From positions 1,472,001 through 1,536,000 of the forward strand of contig OZ241996.1 of the NCBI GenBank assembly GCA_965204535.1: DNA of 64,000 nt, in the 5' to 3' direction. This document shows positions 27,687 through 37,554 of the stretch, one piece after another. Position numbers and translations under genes: made by a program. The stretch comes from a bacterium (GTDB lineage: Bacteria > UBA8248). The notes beneath the pieces are model-generated. The model saw only the letters and a list, made by a program, of their open reading frames with translations, was not told where the DNA came from and ran no database searches. Position 1 is the first letter of the stretch, and the number at the start of each line of letters is the position of its first letter.

Positions 27687-27983
27687 GCGGGCTACCTTCA
27701 AGTGTTCAAAAATGCTACTTTTACAGCGAATCTTACGCTTTGCGCAATTTCACCCGCAAGGGCCGTTTCGCTTGACGGGAAAGCGGGGCAGTTGGTAGGG
27801 TAGGCTCGCCCGTACGAGAGTGAAAGTTGTTTGCCGGTCCGGTTCGCCGGAGACGCCGGACGGCCAATTCGCCCAAAGCGTTTTCCTTGGTCCCTTCCGT
27901 CGGGTATGATTCGGCTTCGTTTCAGTTTTCATTGCAGGCGTGGATTGATTCTATTTCAGACGATTTGAGGAGAGTTTCCGTTT

Positions 27984-28850
27984 ATGCGTGGTTTTGACTT
28001 CGTGGCGCCGACGACCATATCGGCCACACTAAAAGCGGCAAAAGGCAGAAATACAAAGTTCATCGCCGGAGGAACCAATTTCCTGCCCGATCTCAGGCAT
28101 CAGCACGACGGCCCCGCGAAAGTCGTCATCGACCTGATGAGAGTCTCTGCGCTACAGGGGATTTCCTCATCGAAGGGCCAGATCAAGCTGGGCGCCCTCG
28201 CAACGATGACGGATTTTCTGACGAATAAAATCATTCTCAAGGAAGCGCCGATTCTGGCGGCGATGTCGGAGAAATTCGCAGGCCCGATCATTCGCAACCG
28301 CGCCACGGTGGCCGGCAACATCATCGACGGCGGCCCGGCGGCGGACGCCGTTCCTCCCCTGCTCGCCCTGAAGGCGAAGGTGAGGCTCGCCAGCGAAAAA
28401 GGAAGGCGGACGGTCGATCTGGATAAATTCCTCACCGGATACCGCCAGACGGCCATCCGGTCCGATGAGCTGATCACCGCCGTGACCTTCCCCTCCCCCG
28501 GCAGGAACCACAAATGGGGGTATTACAAACTCGCCCGCAGAAACGCCATGGCCATCACGGTAGTGGGCGTAGCGGTCGTGCTGAAGGTGAGGCGCAAGAA
28601 GGTGGAGGAGGCGGGCATTTCGCTGGGCTCCGTGACGGCCGCCCCGATCCGCTGCTACGAGGCCGAGAAGATTCTCGAAGGCAACGCCGTGGACCTCGAA
28701 CTGGCCCAAAAGGCCGCGGAAGCCTGCGCCGCCGTGGCGACGCCCATTGACGACATTCGCGCATCGGCTGAATACCGCAAGCTGATGTGCGAAGTACTGC
28801 CGCGTCGCCTCATCTGCCAGGCGCTGGATATTTCACAGGACAACGACTAA
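27984..28850 (+). CDS. Xanthine-dehydrogenase-family FAD subunit (CoxM/CutM-like)
   Basis: AGGTN, IRNRATVAGN and PIDDIRASAEYR. Confidence 0.9.
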   Translation: MRGFDFVAPTTISATLKAAKGRNTKFIAGGTNFLPDLRHQHDGPAKVVIDLMRVSALQGISSSKGQIKLGALATMTDFLTNKIILKEAPILAAMSEKFAGPIIRNRATVAGNIIDGGPAADAVPPLLALKAKVRLASEKGRRTVDLDKFLTGYRQTAIRSDELITAVTFPSPGRNHKWGYYKLARRNAMAITVVGVAVVLKVRRKKVEEAGISLGSVTAAPIRCYEAEKILEGNAVDLELAQKAAEACAAVATPIDDIRASAEYRKLMCEVLPRRLICQALDISQDND

Positions 28851-28894
28851 AGACTTCATCGTCTCTTGCGTATTTCATTGGAGAATCCTTGAAG

Positions 28895-29443
28895 ATGGCT
28901 ACAGCGAGCAAATCGAAACGAACCGGAAAATCGAGCGCACCCGTATACGTGCCTCCCAAGAAGCTGCCCATTTCCTTCACCGTGAACGGCCAGGAAGTCA
29001 ACGCCGAAGCGCCCGCGCACACCAGTTTGCTGTATCTGCTGCGCGACCTGGGCTTCACCGAGGTGAAAAACGGCTGCGAGGCGGGCGATTGCGGCGCGTG
29101 CACGATTCTCCTGGATGGTCTGGCGATGAACGCATGCTGCGCGCTCGGCGTCCAGGCGGAAGGGCGTGAGATCACCACCGTCAAAGGCATCGGGACGGTG
29201 GACAACCTCCATCCGATACAGGTGAAATTCATCGAGCACGGCGCCATTCAGTGCGGCTTCTGCACGCCCGGAATGATAGTCGCCGCCAAGGAATTGCTCG
29301 ACGACAACCCGAACCCCAGCCGACATGAAATCAAGGCCGGCATCGCGGGCAATCTTTGCCGCTGCACCGGCTACGTGAAGATCATCGACGCTATCGAGGC
29401 CGCGGCTGAAGAACTTTCCTCGAAGAAAGGAAAAAGGAAATAA
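28895..29443 (+). CDS. Xanthine-dehydrogenase-family 2Fe-2S subunit (CoxS-like)
   Basis: GCEAGDCGACT, QCGFCTPG and GNLCRCTGY. Confidence 0.92.
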   Translation: MATASKSKRTGKSSAPVYVPPKKLPISFTVNGQEVNAEAPAHTSLLYLLRDLGFTEVKNGCEAGDCGACTILLDGLAMNACCALGVQAEGREITTVKGIGTVDNLHPIQVKFIEHGAIQCGFCTPGMIVAAKELLDDNPNPSRHEIKAGIAGNLCRCTGYVKIIDAIEAAAEELSSKKGKRK

Positions 29444-29445
29444 AC

Positions 29446-30390
29446 GTGACTGCCTCATCGAATTCCACCAAAAAGAAAAAAAGTTCCGGGCAGGGATTCA
29501 AGGACGTAGACGACGTTCAGGAATCGTTCCGGAATCTCGACTACATCTCCGACCGCACCCTGGCGACCACCCTCTTCCTGGCCACCAAACTGGAAAAACC
29601 CCTTTTCCTCGAAGGAGAAGCGGGCGTAGGAAAGACGGAACTCGCCAAGGTGCTCGCCAGCGCGATGGATACCGAACTCATCCGCCTGCAATGCTACGAG
29701 GGTCTCGACGCGAACTCGGCTCTCTATGAGTGGAACTACGCGAAGCAACTCCTCCACATCAAGATGGAGGAAGGCAGGGATTCGGACGCGAAGCAGATCG
29801 AACGGGACATCTTCAGCGAGCAATACCTCATCGAACGTCCCCTTCTTCGCGCGCTTTTGCGCTCGAAAGAAAAGCCGGTGGTCCTGCTCATCGACGAAAT
29901 CGACCGCTCCGATGAAGAATTCGAGGCGTTCCTGCTGGAAATCCTCTCCGACTACCAGATCACGATTCCCGAGATGGGAACCGTCCAGGCGGCCAGCAGA
30001 CCCCTGGTGGTGCTCACCAGCAACCGGACCCGCGAAATCCACGACGCCCTCAAGCGCCGCTGCCTGTATCTGTGGGTCGACTATCCCTCCTTCGAGAAAG
30101 AAGTGGAGATCATCACGACCAAGGTGCCCGGGGTCAGCGAGCGGCTGGCGGAGCAAATTTCGCGCTTCATGACCCAGGCGAGGCAAATGGATTTCTACAA
30201 GCGCCCCGGCGTGGCCGAATCCCTCGATTGGGCGCAGGCGCTCCTCGCACTGCACCGCAATGAATTAGACGCCGACGCCGTGCGTGAGACCATCGGCTGC
30301 ATCCTGAAATACCAGGACGACATCAAGCGCGTGGAGAGTGACGGTCTCGACAGCATGGTGGCGACGGCGCAACTGGCGCCCGACGCCTGA
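29446..30390 (+). CDS. coxD: MoxR-family AAA+ ATPase, CoxD-like
   Basis: LEGEAGVGKT, RLQCYEGLD...ALYEWNY, LIDEIDR and TSNRTREIHDALKRRC. Confidence 0.88.
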   Translation: MTASSNSTKKKKSSGQGFKDVDDVQESFRNLDYISDRTLATTLFLATKLEKPLFLEGEAGVGKTELAKVLASAMDTELIRLQCYEGLDANSALYEWNYAKQLLHIKMEEGRDSDAKQIERDIFSEQYLIERPLLRALLRSKEKPVVLLIDEIDRSDEEFEAFLLEILSDYQITIPEMGTVQAASRPLVVLTSNRTREIHDALKRRCLYLWVDYPSFEKEVEIITTKVPGVSERLAEQISRFMTQARQMDFYKRPGVAESLDWAQALLALHRNELDADAVRETIGCILKYQDDIKRVESDGLDSMVATAQLAPDA

Positions 30391-30404
30391 TCCGGACAAA
30401 CCTC

Positions 30405-31670
30405 ATGGCAACTTCCATTCGCCCCATCGTTCAGGGCACCCTGCCCAAGCGCAGGATCCGCGTAAAGGGCCGGGGCCTCAAAGGAGAGATGATCGGCTTT
30501 TGCCGCATCCTCAGGCGCGCGGGTCTCAAGATAACCTCGGGCCGCATCATCGACGTCTTCCGCTGCTTCGATTCGCTCGACGCCACGAATCTCGACAACA
30601 TCTACGTCGCCAGCAAGTCGAATCTCATCTCGAGCCAGGACGAGAGCATGATTTTCGACGCCGTGTTCCGGCAATACTGGTTCGATGAGGAAGGCAATCC
30701 TTACTCGGGCGACGAATCGGTGCAGGTCGATACCCAATTCGAGGAAGAGGGCGAAGGCCAGGCCAGCGAAGGGGGCGGCTCTTCAGAAGAAGGTGAGTCG
30801 GACGCCGAGGGCGAGGGGCAGGAAAACCCCGGGCTTCCATCGGAAGACGACGTCGAAAGCGCCGCCGAACCCGGCGAGCAGGGAGACGACGACGAGGGCG
30901 TGCCCTCCTACAGCCCCGCCGAAGTCATATCGGACAAGGATTTCTCTTCGCTGAACATGGATCAGGTCGCCGAACTGAGACGCCTCATCGCGAAGCTCGT
31001 TCCCAAGCTCGCCACCAAGATCAGCCGCCGCAAACGGCCCGACATGCGCTCCCCCGAAATCGACATGAGGCGCAGCGTCAAGAGAAGCGTCCGCTCGGGC
31101 GGCGAGGTGCTGAAGCTCTTCCGCCGCAGGAGAAAGATACAAAAAACCCAGATCGTGCTCATCTGCGACGTATCGGGCTCGATGGACAGCTACAGCCAGT
31201 TTCTGATTCAGTTTCTCTACAGCCTGCAGAACGAGATCAAATCGCTGCGCACGTTCGTCTTCAGCACGCGCCTTTCGGACGCCACGCCGTATCTGCGCCA
31301 CAAGGACGTCAACACCGCTCTCAAGCGCCTATCCATGGAGGTGCACGACTGGAGCGGCGGCACGCAGATCGGCAACTGCCTCAAAACATTCAACTACGAA
31401 TACGGCAGGACCATCCTGAACAGCCGCACCATCGTCATCATCATATCGGACGGCTGGGACCGGGGCGACACGGATACGCTGGCGGAGGAAATGAACCGCC
31501 TCAAGAAAATCTGCTACAAGCTCTTCTGGCTCAATCCATTGCTGGGCAGCCCCGGCTACCGCCCGATAGACAGAGGCATGCGAACGGCCCTGCCCTACTG
31601 CGATGAATTTCTGGCGGCCCACAACCTCGACAGCCTGATCGACATGACGAACAAGATCGCGCGCATATAA
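30405..31670 (+). CDS. coxE: vWA-domain protein, CoxE-like
   Basis: DVSGSMD MIDAS, WSGGT.IG, SDGWDRG and WLNPL; long acidic linker. Confidence 0.88.
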   Translation: MATSIRPIVQGTLPKRRIRVKGRGLKGEMIGFCRILRRAGLKITSGRIIDVFRCFDSLDATNLDNIYVASKSNLISSQDESMIFDAVFRQYWFDEEGNPYSGDESVQVDTQFEEEGEGQASEGGGSSEEGESDAEGEGQENPGLPSEDDVESAAEPGEQGDDDEGVPSYSPAEVISDKDFSSLNMDQVAELRRLIAKLVPKLATKISRRKRPDMRSPEIDMRRSVKRSVRSGGEVLKLFRRRRKIQKTQIVLICDVSGSMDSYSQFLIQFLYSLQNEIKSLRTFVFSTRLSDATPYLRHKDVNTALKRLSMEVHDWSGGTQIGNCLKTFNYEYGRTILNSRTIVIIISDGWDRGDTDTLAEEMNRLKKICYKLFWLNPLLGSPGYRPIDRGMRTALPYCDEFLAAHNLDSLIDMTNKIARI

Positions 31671-31751
31671 CAATTCCTCTTTTCTTCTCACCTCATCTGG
31701 CTGTATAAATTGCACTTTTAATTGACCCCCTATCGTGGACAGGGAAAGAAA

Positions 31752-32414
31752 TTGGCGAATCTACTGATTTACACGGCGGACAACGGATTCGCGGACGCGC
31801 TCGGGCGCGCCCTGCGGCGAGAGGGCCATTTCTGCAAGATGGTGCAGGACGAAACCACGGCCTTACAGGAAGTGCGCGCCAGGGGCCTGGCCCTCATCCT
31901 GCTCGACGACGCCCCCGCCCTGCCCAAGGTCGAGGAAATGCGGAACTGGACCACGCTGCCAATCCTCCTGCTCCTCGAGCCGGACCGCCTCGCCGTGGTT
32001 CGCACGCCCACCGAAGCCGATGACATTCTCGTAAAACCCGTCCGGGAAGAAGAACTTTTGTATCGCGTCCGCAATCTATGCCATTCCCCGGGCCAGGATT
32101 CAGAAGGTGCGCGCACCCTCAAGAGCAAGGGATTGACGCTCGATGAGAGCCGCTACGAAATCAGGCTCGACGGCGAGTTGATCGATTTGACATACCGGGA
32201 ATTCGAGCTTTTGAAGCATCTCATCAACAACCCCGAGCGCGTCTTCGACAGGGAGCAGCTTCTGAACCTCGTCTGGGGAATCGACTATCTCGGCGGCCCG
32301 CGGACGGTCGACGTTCACGTTCGCCGCATTCGCTCGAAAATCGAAGTCAGGGGATATTCGTTTATTTCGACGGTGCGGGGAGTCGGGTACAAGTTTATCG
32401 GAGAATCTTCGTGA
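31752..32414 (+). CDS. OmpR-family response regulator with atypical receiver, GlnR-like
   Basis: DLTYREFELLKHL..NP.RVF.R.QLL..VWG.DY.GG.RTVDVHVRR winged helix; no adjacent kinase; directly upstream of glnA. Confidence 0.8.
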   Translation: MANLLIYTADNGFADALGRALRREGHFCKMVQDETTALQEVRARGLALILLDDAPALPKVEEMRNWTTLPILLLLEPDRLAVVRTPTEADDILVKPVREEELLYRVRNLCHSPGQDSEGARTLKSKGLTLDESRYEIRLDGELIDLTYREFELLKHLINNPERVFDREQLLNLVWGIDYLGGPRTVDVHVRRIRSKIEVRGYSFISTVRGVGYKFIGESS

Positions 32415-32461
32415 CGCCTGATATCTTGCATTTCTTCGGAACGATGAAATACCGGCGGCAC

Positions 32462-32477
32462 GAAACCGGCGCGAAAC
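32462..32477 (+). promoter_or_regulatory. Candidate OmpR/GlnR-type tandem binding site upstream of glnA
   Basis: GAAAC-cggcgc-GAAAC (11-bp period; AC-n9-AC). Confidence 0.35.
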
Positions 32478-32535
32478 ATTCACGATATAGGCTGACTGTC
32501 CTTGTCGGGAACACCGGCTTTTACTGGAGTTCATA

Positions 32536-33882
32536 ATGCCTGACGCATTCGATGATAAAGACCGCGATTTCGTAATCAACCAGGCCCGCGAACTCGGCGT
32601 GCGTTTCATCCGCATGTGGTTCACCGACATCCTGGGCTTCCTCAAGAGTTTCGCCATCACCATCGAAGAGCTCGAAAACGCGCTCTACGAAGGACATCTT
32701 TTCGATGGGGCCGCCATAGAGGGCTTCGCGCGCATCGAGGAGAGCGACATGTTCGCCCACCCCGATCCGACGACGTTCTGCGTGCTGCCCTGGCGCCCGC
32801 AGGACGGCGGGGCCGTCGCAAGAATGTTCTGCGACATCAAGGACCCTGACGGCAACCCCTACGAGAGCGACCCGCGATACGTGCTCAGACGAACGCTCCA
32901 GAGTGCGGCAAAAAAGGGATTTACGTTTTATGCAGGCGTGGAATATGAGCACTACTATTTCAAATCCCCCGAATTGCCGATTGAAACGCTCGACCGGGGC
33001 GGGTACTTCGACCTCACGCCCCTCGACATCGCAAGCGACCTGAGGCGTGAGACCGTTCTGAACCTCGAAAAAATGGGGATCGGGGTCGAATACAGCCATC
33101 ACGAAGTCGGGCCCAGCCAGCACGAAATCGATTTGCGCTATGGAGACGCGCTCACCATGGCGGACAACGCGATGACCTACCGGCTCGTCGTCAAGGAAGT
33201 CGCCATGCGGCACGGCGTCTACGCCACTTTCATGCCGAAACCCTTGTCCGAAGAAAACGGAAACGGCATGCACACCCACCTCTCCCTGTTCCAGGGTTCG
33301 GAAAACGCATTCCACGACCCGGAAAAGCCCGGCGGACTCTCGGATACGTGCCAGGCGTTCATGGCCGGCCTTTTGAAATACGTGCCCGAGATGACACTCG
33401 TCCTCAACCAATGGGTGAACAGCTACAAACGACTCGTGCCCGGTTTCGAGGCGCCCGCCTACGTCACTTGGGCGCACAAGAGCCGCAGCGATCTAATCCG
33501 CATCCCCAGCACGCGCAAGGGTATGGAATCCGATACGCGAATCGAATTGCGCTCGCCGGACTCTGCGTGCAATCCCTATCTGGCGTTCGCCTGCATGCTG
33601 GCGGCCGGAATGGCGGGAATCGAAGAGGGCCTGACCCCGGTCCCTGCAGTAGAAGAGAACGTGTTCGAAATGAGTGAGGAGAGCCGCAAGAAACAAGGCA
33701 TCAAAAGCCTGCCGGGGAACCTGCGGGAGGCCACGATGCTGGCCGAGCAGAGTGATTTCCTGAAGAACGTGTTCGGAAACCAGTTGTTCGATAAATTCAT
33801 CGAGAACAAAAAACTCGAATGGGCGCCCTACCGCGCCCACGTCTCGGATTTCGAACTCAACAAATATCTCTCGATTCTCTAA
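32536..33882 (+). CDS. glnA: Glutamine synthetase family protein, GSI-alpha / GlnA2-like
   Basis: WFTDILG.LKS, FDG..IEGFARI.ESDM, HHEV.PSQHEI, TFMPKP....NGNGMHTH, NSYKRLVPGFEAP and RIELRSPD.ACNPYLA. Confidence 0.92.
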   Translation: MPDAFDDKDRDFVINQARELGVRFIRMWFTDILGFLKSFAITIEELENALYEGHLFDGAAIEGFARIEESDMFAHPDPTTFCVLPWRPQDGGAVARMFCDIKDPDGNPYESDPRYVLRRTLQSAAKKGFTFYAGVEYEHYYFKSPELPIETLDRGGYFDLTPLDIASDLRRETVLNLEKMGIGVEYSHHEVGPSQHEIDLRYGDALTMADNAMTYRLVVKEVAMRHGVYATFMPKPLSEENGNGMHTHLSLFQGSENAFHDPEKPGGLSDTCQAFMAGLLKYVPEMTLVLNQWVNSYKRLVPGFEAPAYVTWAHKSRSDLIRIPSTRKGMESDTRIELRSPDSACNPYLAFACMLAAGMAGIEEGLTPVPAVEENVFEMSEESRKKQGIKSLPGNLREATMLAEQSDFLKNVFGNQLFDKFIENKKLEWAPYRAHVSDFELNKYLSIL

Positions 33883-33929
33883 ATACCGTTTTTCCTCTCA
33901 GGAAAAACGAAACGAGAGAACGTGACGCG

Positions 33930-34259
33930 CTAGTCGGCGCAACTCTCCGCCAGCCATTCGAGGTAAGACGCACCCCCCTGGTCAACGGGTATGGCCAGCA
34001 CCTCCGGCACGTCGTAACTGTGGATTTGCGCCAGGTGATCGGAGAGGGCCTGCAACTTATCCTGCGTGGTCTTCATGATGAGCAGGACTTCCGCATCATC
34101 CTGAACCTCTCCTTCCCATCGATAGAGGCTGCGAACTTTCGGTACCAGGTTCACACAGGCGCACAGCTTGCGCTCGAGCAATGATCTCGCAATCCGAGCG
34201 CCCTCCTCCTCAGAACCCGCCGTGCTCAACACGATCCGGAACGCCCGACCATCCTTCAC
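33930..34259 (-). CDS. cutA: Divalent-cation tolerance protein CutA
   Basis: L.ACVN, S.Y.WEG, E.L.IMKT, H.YDVPE and YL.W. Confidence 0.92.
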   Translation of the reverse strand: MKDGRAFRIVLSTAGSEEEGARIARSLLERKLCACVNLVPKVRSLYRWEGEVQDDAEVLLIMKTTQDKLQALSDHLAQIHSYDVPEVLAIPVDQGGASYLEWLAESCAD

Positions 34260-34269
34260 TGCCTTCTCC

Positions 34270-35226
34270 TCATGCGCCCAGTATCTTCTCGGCTGCGCTG
34301 TAGGGGTCTATTCTTCGCGCGGCGACGGCGTCCAGGAGTTCATCCAACTCCCGTCCGCCCCTCACGCCGTCTCCCATGCGCTCCACCGCGAGTTCCTTCA
34401 TCACCTCTGCCAGTGTGATGCGGGCGCGCTCGCGCCCCAGGCGTCCGGCTTCATCGGGATGTTCCTGTAAAAAGGCCATGCGCGCCTCGATCTGTGCGGC
34501 CAACTCTTCCGTCCCCTCACCCGTGAGCGCTTCCGTTTTCAGCACAGGAGGCCTCCAGGAACTCGCCTCGCCGGGATGAAACTTGAAGTCCAGCATTTCC
34601 TCGATTTCCTTCACCGTGCGGTCCGCACCGTCGCGCTTCGCCTTGTTCACCACGAAAACATCGCCGATTTCGAGGATGCCCGCCTTCGCCGCCTGGATAT
34701 GGTCCCCGCCGCCGGGCGTCTGGAGCAAAACGACCACGTCCGCGCATTGCATGATGTTCACCTCGCCCTGCCCGACGCCGACGGTCTCGAGTATCACGAC
34801 ATCCCAACCCATGGCGTCCATGACGCAAAGCGCGTCTCCGGTCGCACGGGCGAGTCCGCCCAGGTGGCCGCGCGTGGCCATGCTGCGGATGAAGACTTTC
34901 GGGTCCGTGCTGTGCCTACCCATCCGGATGCGGTCGCCCAGAATCGCTCCGCCCGTGAACGGGCTCGTCGGGTCCACGGCGATAACACATATTCTCTTGT
35001 CCTGAGCGCGATAATGGGCGATCAGCTGATCGGAAAGCGTGCTCTTGCCCGCGCCGGGAGGGCCCGTAATGCCGATGACCAGGCTTTTTCCGCCTTTCAG
35101 ATACAGTTCCTGCAGAATGGGTTTCGCACGCGGGTCATTGTCTTCCACCAGCGTGATGAGCCTGGCGGCGGGTCGAACCATCCCGTCCAGGATCTGAGGA
35201 ATTTGAATTTTATTTTTATTGCTCAT
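34270..35226 (-). CDS. meaB: Methylmalonyl-CoA-mutase-associated GTPase MeaB/ArgK
   Basis: GITGPPGAGKST, VDPTSPFTGGAILGDRIRM, ETVGVGQ, KAGILEI and VNK. Confidence 0.93.
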   Translation of the reverse strand: MSNKNKIQIPQILDGMVRPAARLITLVEDNDPRAKPILQELYLKGGKSLVIGITGPPGAGKSTLSDQLIAHYRAQDKRICVIAVDPTSPFTGGAILGDRIRMGRHSTDPKVFIRSMATRGHLGGLARATGDALCVMDAMGWDVVILETVGVGQGEVNIMQCADVVVLLQTPGGGDHIQAAKAGILEIGDVFVVNKAKRDGADRTVKEIEEMLDFKFHPGEASSWRPPVLKTEALTGEGTEELAAQIEARMAFLQEHPDEAGRLGRERARITLAEVMKELAVERMGDGVRGGRELDELLDAVAARRIDPYSAAEKILGA

Positions 35227-35291
35227 ATTTAGTTATTTATCAGTAGTTTGTGAGCGGATCATCAAGTTATTTCTAATCAATGTTGCGGCCT

Positions 35292-36437
35292 TCAGGAATC
35301 GAAGAGATACCGGCATACGAGATTGCGGTGCACCTCGCTCGTGCCTTCCCCGAGCGTGAACACCCGGGCGTCGCGCCAGAACATCCCCGCCGGCGTTTCC
35401 GCGATATAGCCATACCCGCCATGAATCTGTATGCCTCTATCGCATACGCGAAGACATGCTTCCGAGGCGAACAGTTTCGCCATGGCCACCTCTTCCCTGT
35501 TGTCTCCTCCCGCGTCGCGTATTTTCGCTGCTGCTACGACCATCTCGCGCGCGGTGGCGATGTCGATGGCGCTCTCGGCCATCAGCCCTTTCAAACCTGC
35601 GAAATCGGAGACAGGTCTTCCGAACGCCTCGCGCTTCTTGGCATGGGATGCCGCCGCATCGAGCGACGCCTGAGCGATGCCGACGCACATCGCACCCAGC
35701 ACGACCCTCCCGTCGTTCAGAACCTGCATCGCCTGTCGCAGACCGGCCCCTTCTTCTCCGATGAGGCGCTCCGCCGGAACCTCACAGTTCTCAAAAAAGA
35801 TTTCCGCCGTGCCTGCCGAGCGCATCCCGAGAGTCTGCTCAAGCGGGACGCTTCTGCGCCCCTCATCGCCTTTTTCTATCAAAAACGCGCTGATTCCGTC
35901 TTTTCCCTCCGCCGTGCGCGCAAAGATGACCAGGCTTTCAAAAGCCATTCCTTGCGTGACGAACATTTTCCCGCCGTTGATGACGTAGGCGTCCCCTTGC
36001 CGCCTCGCCTCGCACTCGAGAGCCGCCGCATGGCTGCCCGCGACCCGCTCGGTGATCGCCCAAGCGCCTATGGCTCCTTTCGTGATTCGGGGAATGCAGC
36101 TATTTTTCTGGGCATCCGATCCATGATGCAGCAAGTGACCCCCGCACAGGCCCGCCGAGATGCTGATAGTGAGCGCGAAACTCGGGTCACCACCGGCCAG
36201 TTCCTCCAAGACGAGGCATTCATCGAACAAACCGAGACCGCGGCCACCCAGGCCTTCGGGTAATTTCACGCCGATAAACCCCGCCTTCGCCGCCTCCTGG
36301 TACAACTCGAAGGAGAACGTACCCGTAAGATCGCGCTCCAGGGCGCCGGGGGCGAGCATTTGTTGAGCGAACTCACGGGCATTTGCCAGGAGGGCTGTTT
36401 CTTGTTCCGTTAATTCCGTGTGCGTGGTGATAGACAA
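35292..36437 (-). CDS. Acyl-CoA dehydrogenase family protein
   Basis: WAITE..AGS, NG.KMFVT, R.AFGRP, AMAKL.ASE, QIHGGYG and GEGTSE. Confidence 0.92.
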   Translation of the reverse strand: MSITTHTELTEQETALLANAREFAQQMLAPGALERDLTGTFSFELYQEAAKAGFIGVKLPEGLGGRGLGLFDECLVLEELAGGDPSFALTISISAGLCGGHLLHHGSDAQKNSCIPRITKGAIGAWAITERVAGSHAAALECEARRQGDAYVINGGKMFVTQGMAFESLVIFARTAEGKDGISAFLIEKGDEGRRSVPLEQTLGMRSAGTAEIFFENCEVPAERLIGEEGAGLRQAMQVLNDGRVVLGAMCVGIAQASLDAAASHAKKREAFGRPVSDFAGLKGLMAESAIDIATAREMVVAAAKIRDAGGDNREEVAMAKLFASEACLRVCDRGIQIHGGYGYIAETPAGMFWRDARVFTLGEGTSEVHRNLVCRYLFDS

Positions 36438-36442
36438 GCTCG

Positions 36443-37432
36443 TTATCCTCCACCCGTCTGGAGCGCCGGGATGATCTCTTCGCCCAGGAGGGTCAGCCTG
36501 TGCGGGTTGATATCCAGATCAGGGATAGTGACCAGAATATGGTCCACGCCCGCTTTCGGGTATTCCTTGAGGCGCGCAACACAGTCATCGGGTGTTCCGT
36601 AGACGCTTCCTGATTCCGGGATGACGCTCAGCTTCTCACGAGCCGCCACGGCGGCCGCCCTGTCTTTTTCGGGAATCACCATGACCATGAGAGACGCCCT
36701 TATCGCGTCGGGGTCTCTGCCCGCCTTTTTGCATTCCGCCTCCATCTCGGGTCTTTTCTCCAGAAACTGCTCGGGCGTCCACCAGCGGCAGTTGTAGCCG
36801 TCCGCCTGGCGCGCTGAAACGCCCAGCAGTTTTGGGCCCTCGCCTCCCGTCCAGATCGGCGGGTGCGGCTTTTGCACCGGCGGCGGGTCGCAAACCCCGT
36901 TTTGGATCTGAAAATACCCACCTTCGAAATGGGGGGCCGATTCGGTCCACATCGCGCGAATCAGTTGAATGGCCTCTTCCAATTGCCCGATACGCACGGC
37001 GGCATTCGGATAGGGATATCCGAAAGAATGATATTCGTTTTCGATCCAGCCCGCGCCAATCCCGAAATCCACCCGGCCCTTGCTGATGACGTCGACAGTG
37101 GCCGCCGTCTTCGCCAGCATGGCTGGCGGCCGGTATCCCACGCACGACACCAGCGTGCCCAGACGCAAGCGTTCGGTATCACGCGCCAAGGCGGCGAGAG
37201 TCGTCCAGGGCTCCAGAATTGCGGTATCGGCGGATTGCTCTTTCTCATCCTGAGCGCCGAAGCCCGTCTGGCTCCCGTAGGAGGCGGGATCGAGCGTCAC
37301 GAAATGGTCGCAATGCCAGAGAGAACCGATGCCGAGCCTCTCCGCCTCCTGGGCGATTTCCCTCAGCTTATCGTAGTCGCCGATATACGTGCCCTTGAGG
37401 GTCAGGGCCACGATGATGCCGACTTCCACCAT
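36443..37432 (-). CDS. LLM-class (luciferase-like) oxidoreductase, probably F420-dependent
   Basis: W.CDHF, EPWTTLAALA..T.RLRLGTLV, SKGR.DFGIGAGW and P.PVQKPHPPIW.GG. Confidence 0.85.
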   Translation of the reverse strand: MVEVGIIVALTLKGTYIGDYDKLREIAQEAERLGIGSLWHCDHFVTLDPASYGSQTGFGAQDEKEQSADTAILEPWTTLAALARDTERLRLGTLVSCVGYRPPAMLAKTAATVDVISKGRVDFGIGAGWIENEYHSFGYPYPNAAVRIGQLEEAIQLIRAMWTESAPHFEGGYFQIQNGVCDPPPVQKPHPPIWTGGEGPKLLGVSARQADGYNCRWWTPEQFLEKRPEMEAECKKAGRDPDAIRASLMVMVIPEKDRAAAVAAREKLSVIPESGSVYGTPDDCVARLKEYPKAGVDHILVTIPDLDINPHRLTLLGEEIIPALQTGGG

Positions 37433-37554
37433 GATGCGCCTTTCTTGCACGGGAATACATGAAAACCGCTTTGCTCTCTCACCTTATCAGTATTGCGAGC
37501 GAGAAACGAGGGAGACCCGCATGCTCCTATCCGCATCGCTCCACCGTTGAAACC

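Noticed and set aside
27984-31670. Aerobic CO dehydrogenase (form I) call
   Set aside because: No coxL here, and the only large subunit in the window lacks the AYxCSFR motif.
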